The translations under genes and the position numbers were made by a program. The notes beneath the pieces are model-generated. The model did no database searches. It was given only the letters and a program-made list of their open reading frames with translations, and was not told the origin of the DNA. From the IMG/VR virus record IMGVR_UViG_3300037264_006630, positions 1-64,000 of that record: DNA of 64,000 bases; one strand, given 5' to 3'. Source of the DNA: a virus. Every line of letters starts with the position of its first letter. The first letter of the stretch is position 1. Positions 47,963 to 57,160 of the stretch are shown piece after piece.

Positions 47963-48267
47963 TGGAAGACGAGCTCCTGCCCATCGACAGCGAGGGCGAG
48001 GCCACCAGCGTCTCGGCGCTGGGAGGCGAGGTCGTTGTCACCGCTACCGACGGCGAGGAGTCTGCGATGGTCATCGGCGCCCTGATCGATGGCGGCCGAG
48101 CGCTCATCGGCCTCTTCGCCGAGCGCTACTTCCGCTTCCGCAGCAACGGCAAGATGATGGCTTGGCGCTGCGCGAAGTGCGGCGAGTTCGGCCGGGTAGC
48201 CGCCCGCAACGGCCTGGGCGTTGTCCAGGAACATCGGCACCTGCCACCGACTCGGGAGGCTCTCTGA
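47962..48267 (+). CDS. Hypothetical protein
   Basis: TGATG overlaps. Confidence 0.6.
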   Translation: MEDELLPIDSEGEATSVSALGGEVVVTATDGEESAMVIGALIDGGRALIGLFAERYFRFRSNGKMMAWRCAKCGEFGRVAARNGLGVVQEHRHLPPTREAL

Positions 48268-48560
48268 TGCGAGACTTCATGCTGGACGGCCGGATTCACT
48301 GGCAGCTCGGGGGCAGGTCGCCATGCGGCGCCCAGCCAGCCCCCACACGCGAAACCAGCGGGCTTCATGCGATGCTTCATGCGCTCGGCCACCGGACGGC
48401 CAGTCCCGTCCCGGCCGATGCGAAAGCCGACGATCCGGTACAAGCGCCGTGCGAGGTGTGCGCCGAGAAGCGCACGGCGTACTTGGCGCTCCTGCGGAAC
48501 GGCGGCTCGATGCAGGGCTGGGACATCCGGCCCAACCTTCCTCGCGGTGAGGTGACCTGA
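48267..48560 (+). CDS. Hypothetical protein
   Basis: TGATG overlaps. Confidence 0.6.
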   Translation: MRDFMLDGRIHWQLGGRSPCGAQPAPTRETSGLHAMLHALGHRTASPVPADAKADDPVQAPCEVCAEKRTAYLALLRNGGSMQGWDIRPNLPRGEVT

Positions 48561-49009
48561 TGCGCATGCTCACCCTGCACCGGCCCTGGGCCTGGTGCGT
48601 CGTCTACGGCGGCAAGCTGGTGGAGAACCGCCCGATGAAGCCGCCGCCTGCCGTGCTCGGGAAGTGGATGGCGATCCACGCCGGCAAGACCTGGAGCGAC
48701 GCCGACGCCGAGCGCATCACCGCCGCCGGGATCGTCATGCCGCCGGAAGAAGACCAACCGGCGGGCGCCATCATCGGCGTCTGCCGCGTCATCGGCTACG
48801 CCACCCACGTCGATGAAGTGGTCCGCCGGCTGGGCGAGGAGCAGCGCCGGTGGTTCTTCGGCCCCTACGGCTGGCTCCTGGCCGACATGCATCCTCTGCC
48901 CAGGCCGGTCTTCGAGCGTGGCTTCCAGGGCGTCCCGCACATCCCGGAGTGGACGTTGTCCGCGGTCCGCGCTCAGGTGGAGCTCCCAGCGATTGCATGG
49001 GTTGCTTGA
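48560..49009 (+). CDS. ASCH domain protein
   Basis: LTLHRPWAW.V..GGKLVENR...IHAGK; GAIIG; FGPYGW. Confidence 0.88.
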   Translation: MRMLTLHRPWAWCVVYGGKLVENRPMKPPPAVLGKWMAIHAGKTWSDADAERITAAGIVMPPEEDQPAGAIIGVCRVIGYATHVDEVVRRLGEEQRRWFFGPYGWLLADMHPLPRPVFERGFQGVPHIPEWTLSAVRAQVELPAIAWVA

Positions 49010-49049
49010 CACCCTGACGTTTCGCGCGTAACAGTGAGCGCATGAAACA
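49006..49049 (+). promoter_or_regulatory. Promoter/operator (site 10)
   Basis: TTGACA...TTCGCGCG-N10-CGCATGAA. Confidence 0.8.
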
Positions 49050-49287
49050 CTGCGAAGCGACCGTGACCGTCACGGTCCCCGTTGAGGTGGTTGTCCGCCT
49101 CCGTGGGAGGGACGGCGCCGACTTGACGCCCGATGCCTGGGAGGTCTGCGACATCGTGCAGTTGTCGAGTCCGGATCCAGATCTCGTGGACCGGGCGATG
49201 CACGAGACCTACCGCGAGCTCGTCTCCGCGCAGGTCAGGACGTACTTGGCCAAGGGCGCCAAGGCCGGCGCCAGGAAGCGGAGGTAG
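49042..49287 (+). CDS. Hypothetical protein
   Basis: Starts at the operator ATG. Confidence 0.7.
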   Translation: MKHCEATVTVTVPVEVVVRLRGRDGADLTPDAWEVCDIVQLSSPDPDLVDRAMHETYRELVSAQVRTYLAKGAKAGARKRR

Positions 49288-49290
49288 CCC

Positions 49291-49641
49291 ATGGACCGGT
49301 TCGCGATCTACCTGATGAAGCAGAACGGCAGTCGCATGCGCGTCGTCGCGCGCGCGGTCGATGCCGTCGGCTACGCCTACGACCTGGAGCTCGACCTCGG
49401 CGGCGGGACCTGGGTTCCGTACGGCGAGCGGACCACCGAGCCGTTCGTTGGGGTCGACGCGCGCTTCCGCGCCATCACGTCCCTGGTCACCAGCGCGCTC
49501 GCGCTCGGCGTTCCGCCCCGCATGTGCGCCATGGAGGGCCTCGACGAGATGCCGGTCTGGGTCGTCCACGAGACGTCCACGCCGGCCCTGGTGCTGGCCA
49601 AGCTCCACGAGCGAGTGCAGCGGGCCGAGGCAGCGGCGTGA
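49291..49641 (+). CDS. Hypothetical protein
   Basis: SD GGAGG. Confidence 0.7.
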   Translation: MDRFAIYLMKQNGSRMRVVARAVDAVGYAYDLELDLGGGTWVPYGERTTEPFVGVDARFRAITSLVTSALALGVPPRMCAMEGLDEMPVWVVHETSTPALVLAKLHERVQRAEAAA

Positions 49642-50000
49642 TCACCATCGCGGGCGACCGCGACACCCACGCCCATCATCCGCACCCGCCCACCCCCGGC
49701 ACTCTGCGGTTCATCGGCGCCGCCGCGTACCGCGCCGCGCAGGCGGTGTGCTCGCGACCGAACCTGGCCGTCACTGCCACCCCGGTCGGCGTCTTCTCGG
49801 TCGAGGTCACGGTGCGCTACGACAACCCGGTCTTCGGCCGGTTCGGTTTCGTCCGGCTGTCGGTCCGCCGGGCCCGCCGAGCTGCGGCTCGGCTGCGCGA
49901 GATCGTGCTCAAGGCCGTCGCCGCCGCCACCAAGAACCTCGGGCTGCCCGGGGTGCGCGTTCACGTCGAGGTCAGCACCCGTCAGGGAGGAGCCTCGTAG
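49638..50000 (+). CDS. Hypothetical protein
   Basis: GTGA overlap. Confidence 0.6.
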   Translation: MITIAGDRDTHAHHPHPPTPGTLRFIGAAAYRAAQAVCSRPNLAVTATPVGVFSVEVTVRYDNPVFGRFGFVRLSVRRARRAAARLREIVLKAVAAATKNLGLPGVRVHVEVSTRQGGAS

Positions 50001-51137
50001 ATGCTCGCCATAATCCACAAGCGCCAGCGCTACCGCGTCTACCCGACGGCCGAGCAGGCTGTGCGGCTCGACGCGTGGACACACGCGCTGCGGTTCCTGT
50101 GGAACCTGGCGCACGAGCAGCGGTTGGAGTGGATGCGGAAGCCGCGCTGCGAGCGGCGGTATCCGACCAACTACGATCAGAGTAACCAAGTCACGCCGCT
50201 GCGAGCGGAGCTGCCTTGGTTGGCCGATGTGCCATCGCAACTCTGCTCGACTATTTTGGCTAGGTTGCATGTGGCCTGGCGGCAGTGTTTCGGCAAGATC
50301 TCAAGGGCGCCGCGTTGGAAGAAGCGTGGCGATGCGCTCTCCATGGGCACGTCATCTAGATGGCACCTCGTCGGCACCACGCTCCATTTCCCGAAGCTCG
50401 GCCCGATCCGAGCCGTGGTTCACCGGCCGCTCGAGGGCGTGGCGAAGTCCTGCACGCTCCTCCGGGATGGGGACCAGTGGTTCGCATCGATCGTCTGCGA
50501 GGTAACGATCCCGGCGCCAACGCCGCGAACCTCACCGGTGGTAGCGATCGACCGCGGGATCACCGTTCTCGCGGCGACGTCGGACGGGGAGCTCATCGCG
50601 AACCCACGGTTCGGGGAGCGGTCGGCGAGGCGGCTGGCACGAGCACAGCGGCGGGTCGCGCGGCGGAAGAAAGGCTCGGCGAACCGGGCCAAGGCGGCGC
50701 TCGCGGCAGAGAAGATCCACCGGAAAATCCGGCGCCAGCGGGCGCACCACCACCACGTTCTATCGACGAGGATCGCCAAGAGCCACGGCGTCGTCATCGT
50801 CGAGAAGTTGAACGTGGCGGGGTTGAAGCAGGGTTCGTTGGGTCGCGTGATCTCGGACGCCGGCTGGTCGCAACTTGCTTCGATGCTGCGGTACAAACTG
50901 GCGTGGACAGGTGGGATTCTCGTCGAGGTGCCAGCGGCATACTCGTCGCAGACCTGCTTCGCCTGCGGCGCCATCGACCGGGCCTCTCGCAAGGGGATCG
51001 TGTTCCGCTGCACGTCGTGTGGTCACGTTGACCACGCCGACCTGAACGCAGCGAAGGTATTGAAAAGCCGTGCGAATCGCTCGGCTCTGCCTGGGGAGGG
51101 TGCTGCTTGTGGGCGCCCCGTGAACCAGGAAATTTGA
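50001..51137 (+). CDS. tnpB: TnpB RNA-guided endonuclease (IS200/IS605 family)
   Basis: YRVYPTAEQ HTH; RuvC residues VAIDRG, IVEKL, ADLNAA; Zn ribbon CFACG/CTSCG. Confidence 0.95.
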   Translation: MLAIIHKRQRYRVYPTAEQAVRLDAWTHALRFLWNLAHEQRLEWMRKPRCERRYPTNYDQSNQVTPLRAELPWLADVPSQLCSTILARLHVAWRQCFGKISRAPRWKKRGDALSMGTSSRWHLVGTTLHFPKLGPIRAVVHRPLEGVAKSCTLLRDGDQWFASIVCEVTIPAPTPRTSPVVAIDRGITVLAATSDGELIANPRFGERSARRLARAQRRVARRKKGSANRAKAALAAEKIHRKIRRQRAHHHHVLSTRIAKSHGVVIVEKLNVAGLKQGSLGRVISDAGWSQLASMLRYKLAWTGGILVEVPAAYSSQTCFACGAIDRASRKGIVFRCTSCGHVDHADLNAAKVLKSRANRSALPGEGAACGRPVNQEI

Positions 51138-51167
51138 TTACCAATGGCCACGCAACGTTAATTTTCC

Positions 51168-51303
51168 GTGAAGCGCGGGCTGTGGTAGCCGAGCCGAGGC
51201 ATGCCTTCGGGCAATGTGCGGTGAACCCTCGAGAGAGGGGACGGGAGATCCCGGCACGAGGCGCGTTGTGTCCTCATGAATCACCCGCCGCTTCACCCTT
51301 TTT
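51168..51303 (+). ncRNA. Structured RNA downstream of tnpB (extended omega-RNA or independent sRNA)
   Basis: Closing stem GTGAAGCG-CGGG/CCCG-CGCTTCAC; UUCG and GAGA tetraloop hairpins; TTGATT-17-GTTAAT upstream; T5 tract downstream. Confidence 0.65.
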
Positions 51304-51335
51304 GTTCGATCACCTCACCTCTGAATGGACGCGCG

Positions 51336-51805
51336 ATGAGCCAAGACGACGACGATGCTTGCTCGGATCTGCAAGTCTCTCGGTTGAAGCGCGAGCGCGA
51401 CGATCTCGCGCGACGACTGGCCGAGATCGATCGGAGCCCGCCCTGGGACGTGAGCAGCGCGGACGTGCTGGCCATCCGCGACACGCTGTCCGAGGACTCG
51501 CCGCTCCGCGAGAAGTTCCTGCGGCTGGCGGCGGCGGCGCGATTCCGCCACGACGAGAAGTGCGCGATCATCGAGGACAACGCCCGGCGCTGGCGAGAGG
51601 AAGTGCAGACGTTGGCACGGCGGCTCGGTGCCGAGAAGCGTCCGGATGGGAGTGCCTTCGAGGGAGCCATCGACGCGATCATCCAGATCGAGACGATGGC
51701 CACCCCGCACTACGAGGAGAGCCTGCCGGCGGCGGTCAAGCGGGTCATCGGTGCGGTGTTCCGCGAGGGCGCCAGCGAGCCGCGGCGCGAAAGCTCCTGT
51801 CGTGA
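51336..51805 (+). CDS. Hypothetical protein, apparent -1 frameshift at GGG ~51767
   Basis: Alternate frame ends ...RKLLS with TGA overlapping the next GTG. Confidence 0.55.
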
Positions 51806-52494
51806 GCACCGCTCCTCACCGCTACAAGAGCCGGCCCGGCCGCGCCATCGACTCGTGCGAGCGCGAGGGCTGCGACGTCCAGCGCAAGCACGTCATGCGG
51901 CGCGGCCGGAAGACCCCCGTTGCCGTCTACCGGACCGGGGTCGGAGGGCTGTGGTCGGAGGCCCGCCCGCCCTGCATCAGCGTGGCGCCGGACGACGCGC
52001 TGCCCTACGTGCCGCCGCGCGGGCGCGACCCCATCCCGTTGGCGCCGATCGGGAGCCGCATCATCCACGTCGCGACGCTGGTGATCTACGGGGTCGGCGA
52101 AGCCGGCCATCACCACGGGCCCAAGGGCTCCTGCCTCTACTCGCTGCGGCCAGACAACGTGCTGCGCCCCGGCCTGTGGGAGCACCCCGGCGGCAAGGTC
52201 GAGAAGGGTGAGACGGTCGACGAGGCCGGTCTCCGCGAAGGCGTCGAGGAGCTCGGCGTCATCGTCCAGATCGACAGCACCCTCACCACGATCAGCATGG
52301 ATCTGGTGACCCACGTCATCGTCCTGACCGCGCTCGCCGCGCGCATCCAACCCAACGAACCGGCGCCGCAGCCGCTCACGTCGAAGAAGCTGCTCTGGCT
52401 TGAGCCGCAACAGGCGATCGACCACCTGCCCTGCTCGCCCGGTACCTACCCGATCCACCGCGCCGTGATGAACTGGATGGAGCGCCACCGATGA
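51802..52494 (+). CDS. Nudix hydrolase with N-terminal extension
   Basis: WEHPGGKVEKGETVDEAGLREGVEELG. Confidence 0.9.
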   Translation: MSTAPHRYKSRPGRAIDSCEREGCDVQRKHVMRRGRKTPVAVYRTGVGGLWSEARPPCISVAPDDALPYVPPRGRDPIPLAPIGSRIIHVATLVIYGVGEAGHHHGPKGSCLYSLRPDNVLRPGLWEHPGGKVEKGETVDEAGLREGVEELGVIVQIDSTLTTISMDLVTHVIVLTALAARIQPNEPAPQPLTSKKLLWLEPQQAIDHLPCSPGTYPIHRAVMNWMERHR

Positions 52495-54236
52495 CCAAGC
52501 CAGCTCGCCAGGATTCGGAGATCGTGCTCGGCATCCTGGCCGACGGAGGGCCGCTCCACCTCATCCTCCCCAAGCTCGTCGCCGCTCGCGTGCTGGTGAC
52601 AGCGACCAGCGGTGGCGGCAAGTCCTACGCGATCCGCAAGCTGCTCGAGGTCACCGCCAACCTCGTCGGTCCGCAGATCGTGATCGATCCGGAGGGTGAG
52701 TTCTACACGCTTCGCGATCGGTTCGAGCACCTGCTGGTCGGCCGTCCGGCGGGCCGGGCCGGCGACATCCCAGCATCGGTGAAGACGGCGGCGCTGCTTG
52801 CGCGCGAGCTGATGACCACCGGTGCGTCGGCCGTGATCGATCTCTCCGAGATGGACGAGGACGAGCAGCGGGAGTACGTGCGCGAGTTCGCCACTGCGCT
52901 GGTCGGCTTGCCGCGCGCGCTGTGGCGCCCAGCGCTGGTCGTGATCGACGAGGCGCAGATTTTCATCGCGGAGGGCGCCAAGGACGACGTGGCGATCGCC
53001 GTGCGGCGCCTCATGACGCGCGGGCGCAAGCGCGGGATCGCCACGGTCCTGGGCACGCAGCGGGTGAGCGCCATCGACAAGACGGCGGTCGCGCAGTGCG
53101 CCAACGTGCTGATCGGGCAGAACACCCTGGACATCGATGCCGACCGCTGCGCCAAGGCGCTCGGCATGCGCGCGGCCGACGCGCGTGACGTCCTGGCCGA
53201 CCTCGAGCCCGGCGAGTTCTTCGCGCGCGGCCCCGCGCTCACCAGGAAGGTGACGAAGTGTAAGATCGGCCTGGTCGCGACGCGGCACCCGGAGCCGGGC
53301 GAGGCGATGCCGACACCGCCTCCCGCGCCGGCCACGATGACCGCGCTGATCCAGAAGTTTGCGGCGATCCCGGCGGAGGCCGAGGTGGAGGCGCGGACTG
53401 TCGAGGAGCTGCGCGCGCAGGTGCGCGAGCTCGAGCACAAGCTCCGGGCCAAGCAGCCCACGGCCGCAGCGCCAGATCACGACGCGATCGAGCGCGCCGT
53501 CCGCGAGGCGAACACCCAGGCGCGCGACCACTTCCACGTCCAGATGCAGACCGTCCTGGACGCGGTCGAGAAGGAATCCATCGCAGTCGCCACCGTGTCG
53601 ATCGGGACCGCCATCAAGGCGGCGGTCGGGACGGTCCGCAACCTCTCGTTGCCGCCACCCCGTGCCAAGCGCAAGCCTGAGCCGTTCCGCGCAAGCGACA
53701 TCGAGCCTCCGCCCGCGGCGCCGAAGCCAGCGCCTCCGCGACGACGAGAACCGGCCGCCGGCATCACCGGCCCCGAGCAGCGGATCGTGGACGCGCTCGC
53801 CTGGTGGGAGCACTACAAGGTCTCACCGCCCACGCTACCGGCGCTCGCCTTCCGGGCCAGCTACAGCCCGAAGTCCAGCGGCTTCGTCAAGGCCCGCAGC
53901 CTGTGCCAGTCGAAGGGCCTCCTCACCTCCGAGGCTGGCGGTCGCACCCGCATCACCGACGCCGGGCGTGCGATCGCGAACGACACCGCGGGCGACCTGA
54001 TGACCCAGGTGTACGAGATGCTGGCCACTCCCGAGGAGCGCTTGCTTCGTGCGCTCGTGGCGCATCGCAGCGGCCTCACCGACGACCACTTGGCCGAGCT
54101 CGGCGGCTACAGCCCGAACACTTCGGGCTACGTGAAGGCACGAGGCCACCTCTGCTCGCTCGGCCTCGCGGTCCGCGTGCGGCCCGACTGGACCGAGCCG
54201 GCGCCGTTCCTGTTCGCCGAGGACCCGCCGCCGTGA
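52491..54236 (+). CDS. HerA/FtsK-like (DUF87) ATPase with two C-terminal wHTH-like repeats
   Basis: ATSGGGKS, IDPEGE, VIDEAQ, RGRKRG, GTQR; YSPKSSGFVKAR / YSPNTSGYVKAR. Confidence 0.88.
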   Translation: MTKPARQDSEIVLGILADGGPLHLILPKLVAARVLVTATSGGGKSYAIRKLLEVTANLVGPQIVIDPEGEFYTLRDRFEHLLVGRPAGRAGDIPASVKTAALLARELMTTGASAVIDLSEMDEDEQREYVREFATALVGLPRALWRPALVVIDEAQIFIAEGAKDDVAIAVRRLMTRGRKRGIATVLGTQRVSAIDKTAVAQCANVLIGQNTLDIDADRCAKALGMRAADARDVLADLEPGEFFARGPALTRKVTKCKIGLVATRHPEPGEAMPTPPPAPATMTALIQKFAAIPAEAEVEARTVEELRAQVRELEHKLRAKQPTAAAPDHDAIERAVREANTQARDHFHVQMQTVLDAVEKESIAVATVSIGTAIKAAVGTVRNLSLPPPRAKRKPEPFRASDIEPPPAAPKPAPPRRREPAAGITGPEQRIVDALAWWEHYKVSPPTLPALAFRASYSPKSSGFVKARSLCQSKGLLTSEAGGRTRITDAGRAIANDTAGDLMTQVYEMLATPEERLLRALVAHRSGLTDDHLAELGGYSPNTSGYVKARGHLCSLGLAVRVRPDWTEPAPFLFAEDPPP

Positions 54237-54490
54237 CGCAGTTGGATCTGAGCTACGCTCCGCCCCGCCGCGTCATCACGTTCACCGTGTTCGAGTCGGT
54301 GGTGACCGTAGCCGCCGATGGCACCGAGACCTGCGAGACGCGCATCCGCTGGACGGCCGAGCACGATGGCAGGTCCTACGGGGACGAGGTGGCTGTCCCT
54401 GGGCTGACCGCCGTCGGCTACGTGATGTGCCAGGCGCTCTACCGCGCCGAAGCGACCATGGCCGCCGCGCGCGGCGAGAAGGAGACCTGA
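54233..54490 (+). CDS. Hypothetical protein
   Basis: Overlap-coupled. Confidence 0.6.
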   Translation: MTQLDLSYAPPRRVITFTVFESVVTVAADGTETCETRIRWTAEHDGRSYGDEVAVPGLTAVGYVMCQALYRAEATMAAARGEKET

Positions 54491-54990
54491 TGACGAGCCA
54501 CACTCCGATCGAATACTTCACCGAAGACACCAAGGACGACGGACTACGAGCCAAGAGCCAGACCTGGCGGGCCGAGCACAACGGCAACCAGTACGGCGTC
54601 TGTATCGTCACGGCACTCGACGACGTGAAGGGCGCGCCGATCCCGGACGCCGCCGCGGCCCGCATGCTGGCCGCGGACCGCCTGGCGTTGGAACGGAACG
54701 CCGAGGCGACCATGGCGATCGTGTGGAACGTACGCCCGGAGGTACTGGATGCAGCGAACAGGTACCACGACGGCTACTGCATGAACCTCATGCTCGGTCG
54801 GTTGCTCGAGAAGGCGACGCTGGCAGATGTGCTGGAGCTCGTGAGGCTGACCGACCTCGTGGGCAACGAGGGTGTGCTCAATCTGTACGCTCGTGACGCG
54901 GTGCTTACCAGCGATCAGCAAGCACTCCGCATGCTGCGGCATGGCGAGCCGGAGGCTGAGTTCAAGGCGAAGCACGGCATCGCAACCTGA
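54490..54990 (+). CDS. Hypothetical protein
   Basis: SD AAGGAG. Confidence 0.65.
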   Translation: MTSHTPIEYFTEDTKDDGLRAKSQTWRAEHNGNQYGVCIVTALDDVKGAPIPDAAAARMLAADRLALERNAEATMAIVWNVRPEVLDAANRYHDGYCMNLMLGRLLEKATLADVLELVRLTDLVGNEGVLNLYARDAVLTSDQQALRMLRHGEPEAEFKAKHGIAT

Positions 54991-55040
54991 CGCGTGGCAT
55001 CGTGCGCCGCCTCCCCTCGACGAAGTAGAACGGATCCCCC

Positions 55041-55406
55041 ATGACGAAAGCCGTAGCCGTGACCGTGCCCCTTCACCGACGAGACGAAGACAAGGGGGAC
55101 GACGGAGAGGTGGCGTCAGCGGAGTCGCTCGCGGTCGAGCTCGAGAAGGCGACCGCGCCCATCCGAGCGCGACAGGAGAAGGCCGCGGCGGCGCGCGCCA
55201 AGATCCTGGCGCGTGAGCGCTTGGTTCCCGGCGCCGTCGTGATCATCGAGGTCGCCCATCCCGACGAGGGCGTGGGCGCCGGGCAACTCGGGCGCATCAC
55301 CAGCCTCCGCGGCGGCGATGCCGCTCTGGTGTCCACGAAGGGCGCCACCCGGACCGTCGAGGTTCTCTGTCCGCTCGATCGCCTCCACTGGATCTGGTCG
55401 GACTGA
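55041..55406 (+). CDS. Hypothetical protein with C-terminal SH3-like barrel
   Basis: GAVVII...GQLGRI. Confidence 0.6.
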   Translation: MTKAVAVTVPLHRRDEDKGDDGEVASAESLAVELEKATAPIRARQEKAAAARAKILARERLVPGAVVIIEVAHPDEGVGAGQLGRITSLRGGDAALVSTKGATRTVEVLCPLDRLHWIWSD

Positions 55407-55515
55407 CCGCGGGTCGAACCGGCAACCGGGCGGCGGTGGCGTGCAAGGTGCTGGAAGCAGGTGGGTACTGAACGGGCATGCAGCGATTTTGGCGTTGCGC
55501 GCCCTTCGATTCATC

Positions 55516-55559
55516 TTGCGCGCCCTCCAGTTCACACACACCATCGTGTGCATGAAGAA
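55516..55559 (+). promoter_or_regulatory. Divergent promoter/operator variant (site 11)
   Basis: TTGCGC-17-CACCAT-7-ATGAA; TTCACACA...TGCATGAA. Confidence 0.5.
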
Positions 55560-55944
55560 CACGACGCTCATCGCCGCCATCCTGACCGCCCTCGCCGCCT
55601 GCACCGAGCCGGCCGCCCCGCACTGGTACCCGACCGTGGTCTACCAGACCACCATGTCCGACGGGCGGCAGGCCACGCTCTACGGGGCGGAGATCACGGA
55701 CGTGTGCCTGGCCATCGCCGATGCCGCCTGCCAGGAGGACGTTCCGTGCAGCTACGACTTCTACGCCCACTGCAATCCGGGCCACGGGCAGGGCAGCAGC
55801 CAGATCATGGCCGGCTCGCTCATCGGCTGGGACGAGCTCTGGGTCGACTGCTTCGACGCGACGGCGGACCTGCCGCGCGACTACGCCGGCAAGACGACGA
55901 TCCACGGCTGCGAGAAGCTCACGCCGTACTGGACCGGGTCGTGA
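55552..55944 (+). CDS. Putative lipoprotein
   Basis: MKNTTLIAAILTALAAC lipobox. Confidence 0.75.
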   Translation: MKNTTLIAAILTALAACTEPAAPHWYPTVVYQTTMSDGRQATLYGAEITDVCLAIADAACQEDVPCSYDFYAHCNPGHGQGSSQIMAGSLIGWDELWVDCFDATADLPRDYAGKTTIHGCEKLTPYWTGS

Positions 55945-56105
55945 GCCTGGGCCACACCATCGTCGGCCGTCGCGCCGTCGCGCGGCGTAGCCCCGACCCC
56001 TGGCGGGTACTTCGCTGGTTCACGCTCCTGCCGGCCGCGGCGCGGCAAGCTCGGCCGGTCGTGCTCCTGGGGCCGGACACGCCGTTCTGGACGATCCCCC
56101 GTTGA
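55941..56105 (+). CDS. Small basic protein
   Basis: Stop lies inside the next -35. Confidence 0.45.
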   Translation: MSLGHTIVGRRAVARRSPDPWRVLRWFTLLPAAARQARPVVLLGPDTPFWTIPR

Positions 56106-56131
56106 CACCCGGTCGACGCCTGGACTAGGGT
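56102..56131 (+). promoter_or_regulatory. Promoter TTGACA-18-TAGGGT driving a non-coding transcript
   Basis: Shares TGGAC-TAG with the 61309 promoter. Confidence 0.65.
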
Positions 56132-56137
56132 CTGCGT

Positions 56138-56268
56138 GCTGGGTGACAGGGCCTCCGAGGGCAACTTCGGAGGCCATTCGCTTTTCGGAAGAAATCGACA
56201 TGGGGCGCGAGGGATTTCTGGAAACGCCGACATATGAGGAGGGAGCAGGGCGAGCGCACTACAACCCG
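56138..56268 (+). ncRNA. Candidate small structured RNA
   Basis: 11-bp GCAA-tetraloop hairpin 56150-56175; second stem 56183-56224. Confidence 0.55.
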
Positions 56269-56269
56269 A

Positions 56270-56314
56270 TGGACAGTCGCCGCACATCGCGCGTATGGTG
56301 AGGCGCATGAACAA
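56270..56314 (+). promoter_or_regulatory. Promoter/operator (site 12)
   Basis: TGGACA-18-TATGGT-7-ATG; ATCGCGCG-N10-CGCATGAA. Confidence 0.8.
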
Positions 56315-56537
56315 GAAGAAGAAGTGGTTCGGCAGGGAAGACGGCGTCAGCGTGCTGGCCAATCCGGACTGGAGCGGGGAGGCGACGATCCAGGCCACCG
56401 TCGATGGCTTCGTGCGGCGCTGGGTGGTCTTGGCCGATGAGCTCGTTGTCGGCCTCGCGTCCTCCGACGCGCCGCCATTCGTGCTGAGCCAAGCGACGGC
56501 GATCGCCGCAGCGGCCAAGGCGCGGGTGTCTGCGTGA
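56307..56537 (+). CDS. Hypothetical protein
   Basis: Starts at the operator ATG (MNKKKKW). Confidence 0.7.
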   Translation: MNKKKKWFGREDGVSVLANPDWSGEATIQATVDGFVRRWVVLADELVVGLASSDAPPFVLSQATAIAAAAKARVSA

Positions 56538-57160
56538 ACATCGTCGATGTGCCAACTCCTCCGTTCGAGGATCTGAGCACCGACCACATGCCGTTCTGGC
56601 GCGTGCGTCACGACAAGTTCGGTGCGCCGGTCGTCGTCTGCCTGCGCTGCAAGCAAGAGACGAACGTACCGATGACCTCCACGTTGGAGAACATGACGCG
56701 GGTGGCGGTGCGTCATCAGCAAGAGGCGCACGCCGCCGTCGTTCGACCTGTCGACTCCAAATACGAACAAGCGACGGCCGGACCGCACTACTTGGTCCGG
56801 GTCGTGGTCGCTCCGGGCGAAGACCTGCCGGTGTGGGTGGCCCACCGCCTGACGTTCGACTGCGTCTCGCAGGGCGACACCATCGAGCAGGCGCTCGAGG
56901 CCATCAACGAGGCGATGCAGATGGTGATCGAGGACGACACCGCTGCCGGCCTGGACCCGCGCGAGCGGTCGGCGCCGTCGGAATACTGGCAGTTCGCGCG
57001 AGAGGTCGCTGCGGCCTCCGAGATCACCGAGGGCGCAGCGGCGGGCTGGCCTCGCACGGAGGAGGGCGCGGCCGTGCTGGTGATGGACTACACCTTCCCG
57101 GCCAACGGATCGCCGCCTACCTTCCGGCGCTGGGCGAGAGCGCGTACTCTGCCCGAGTGA
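56534..57160 (+). CDS. Protein containing a HicB-like domain
   Basis: WVAHRLTFDCVSQGDTIEQALEAINEAMQM. Confidence 0.75.
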   Translation: MNIVDVPTPPFEDLSTDHMPFWRVRHDKFGAPVVVCLRCKQETNVPMTSTLENMTRVAVRHQQEAHAAVVRPVDSKYEQATAGPHYLVRVVVAPGEDLPVWVAHRLTFDCVSQGDTIEQALEAINEAMQMVIEDDTAAGLDPRERSAPSEYWQFAREVAAASEITEGAAAGWPRTEEGAAVLVMDYTFPANGSPPTFRRWARARTLPE

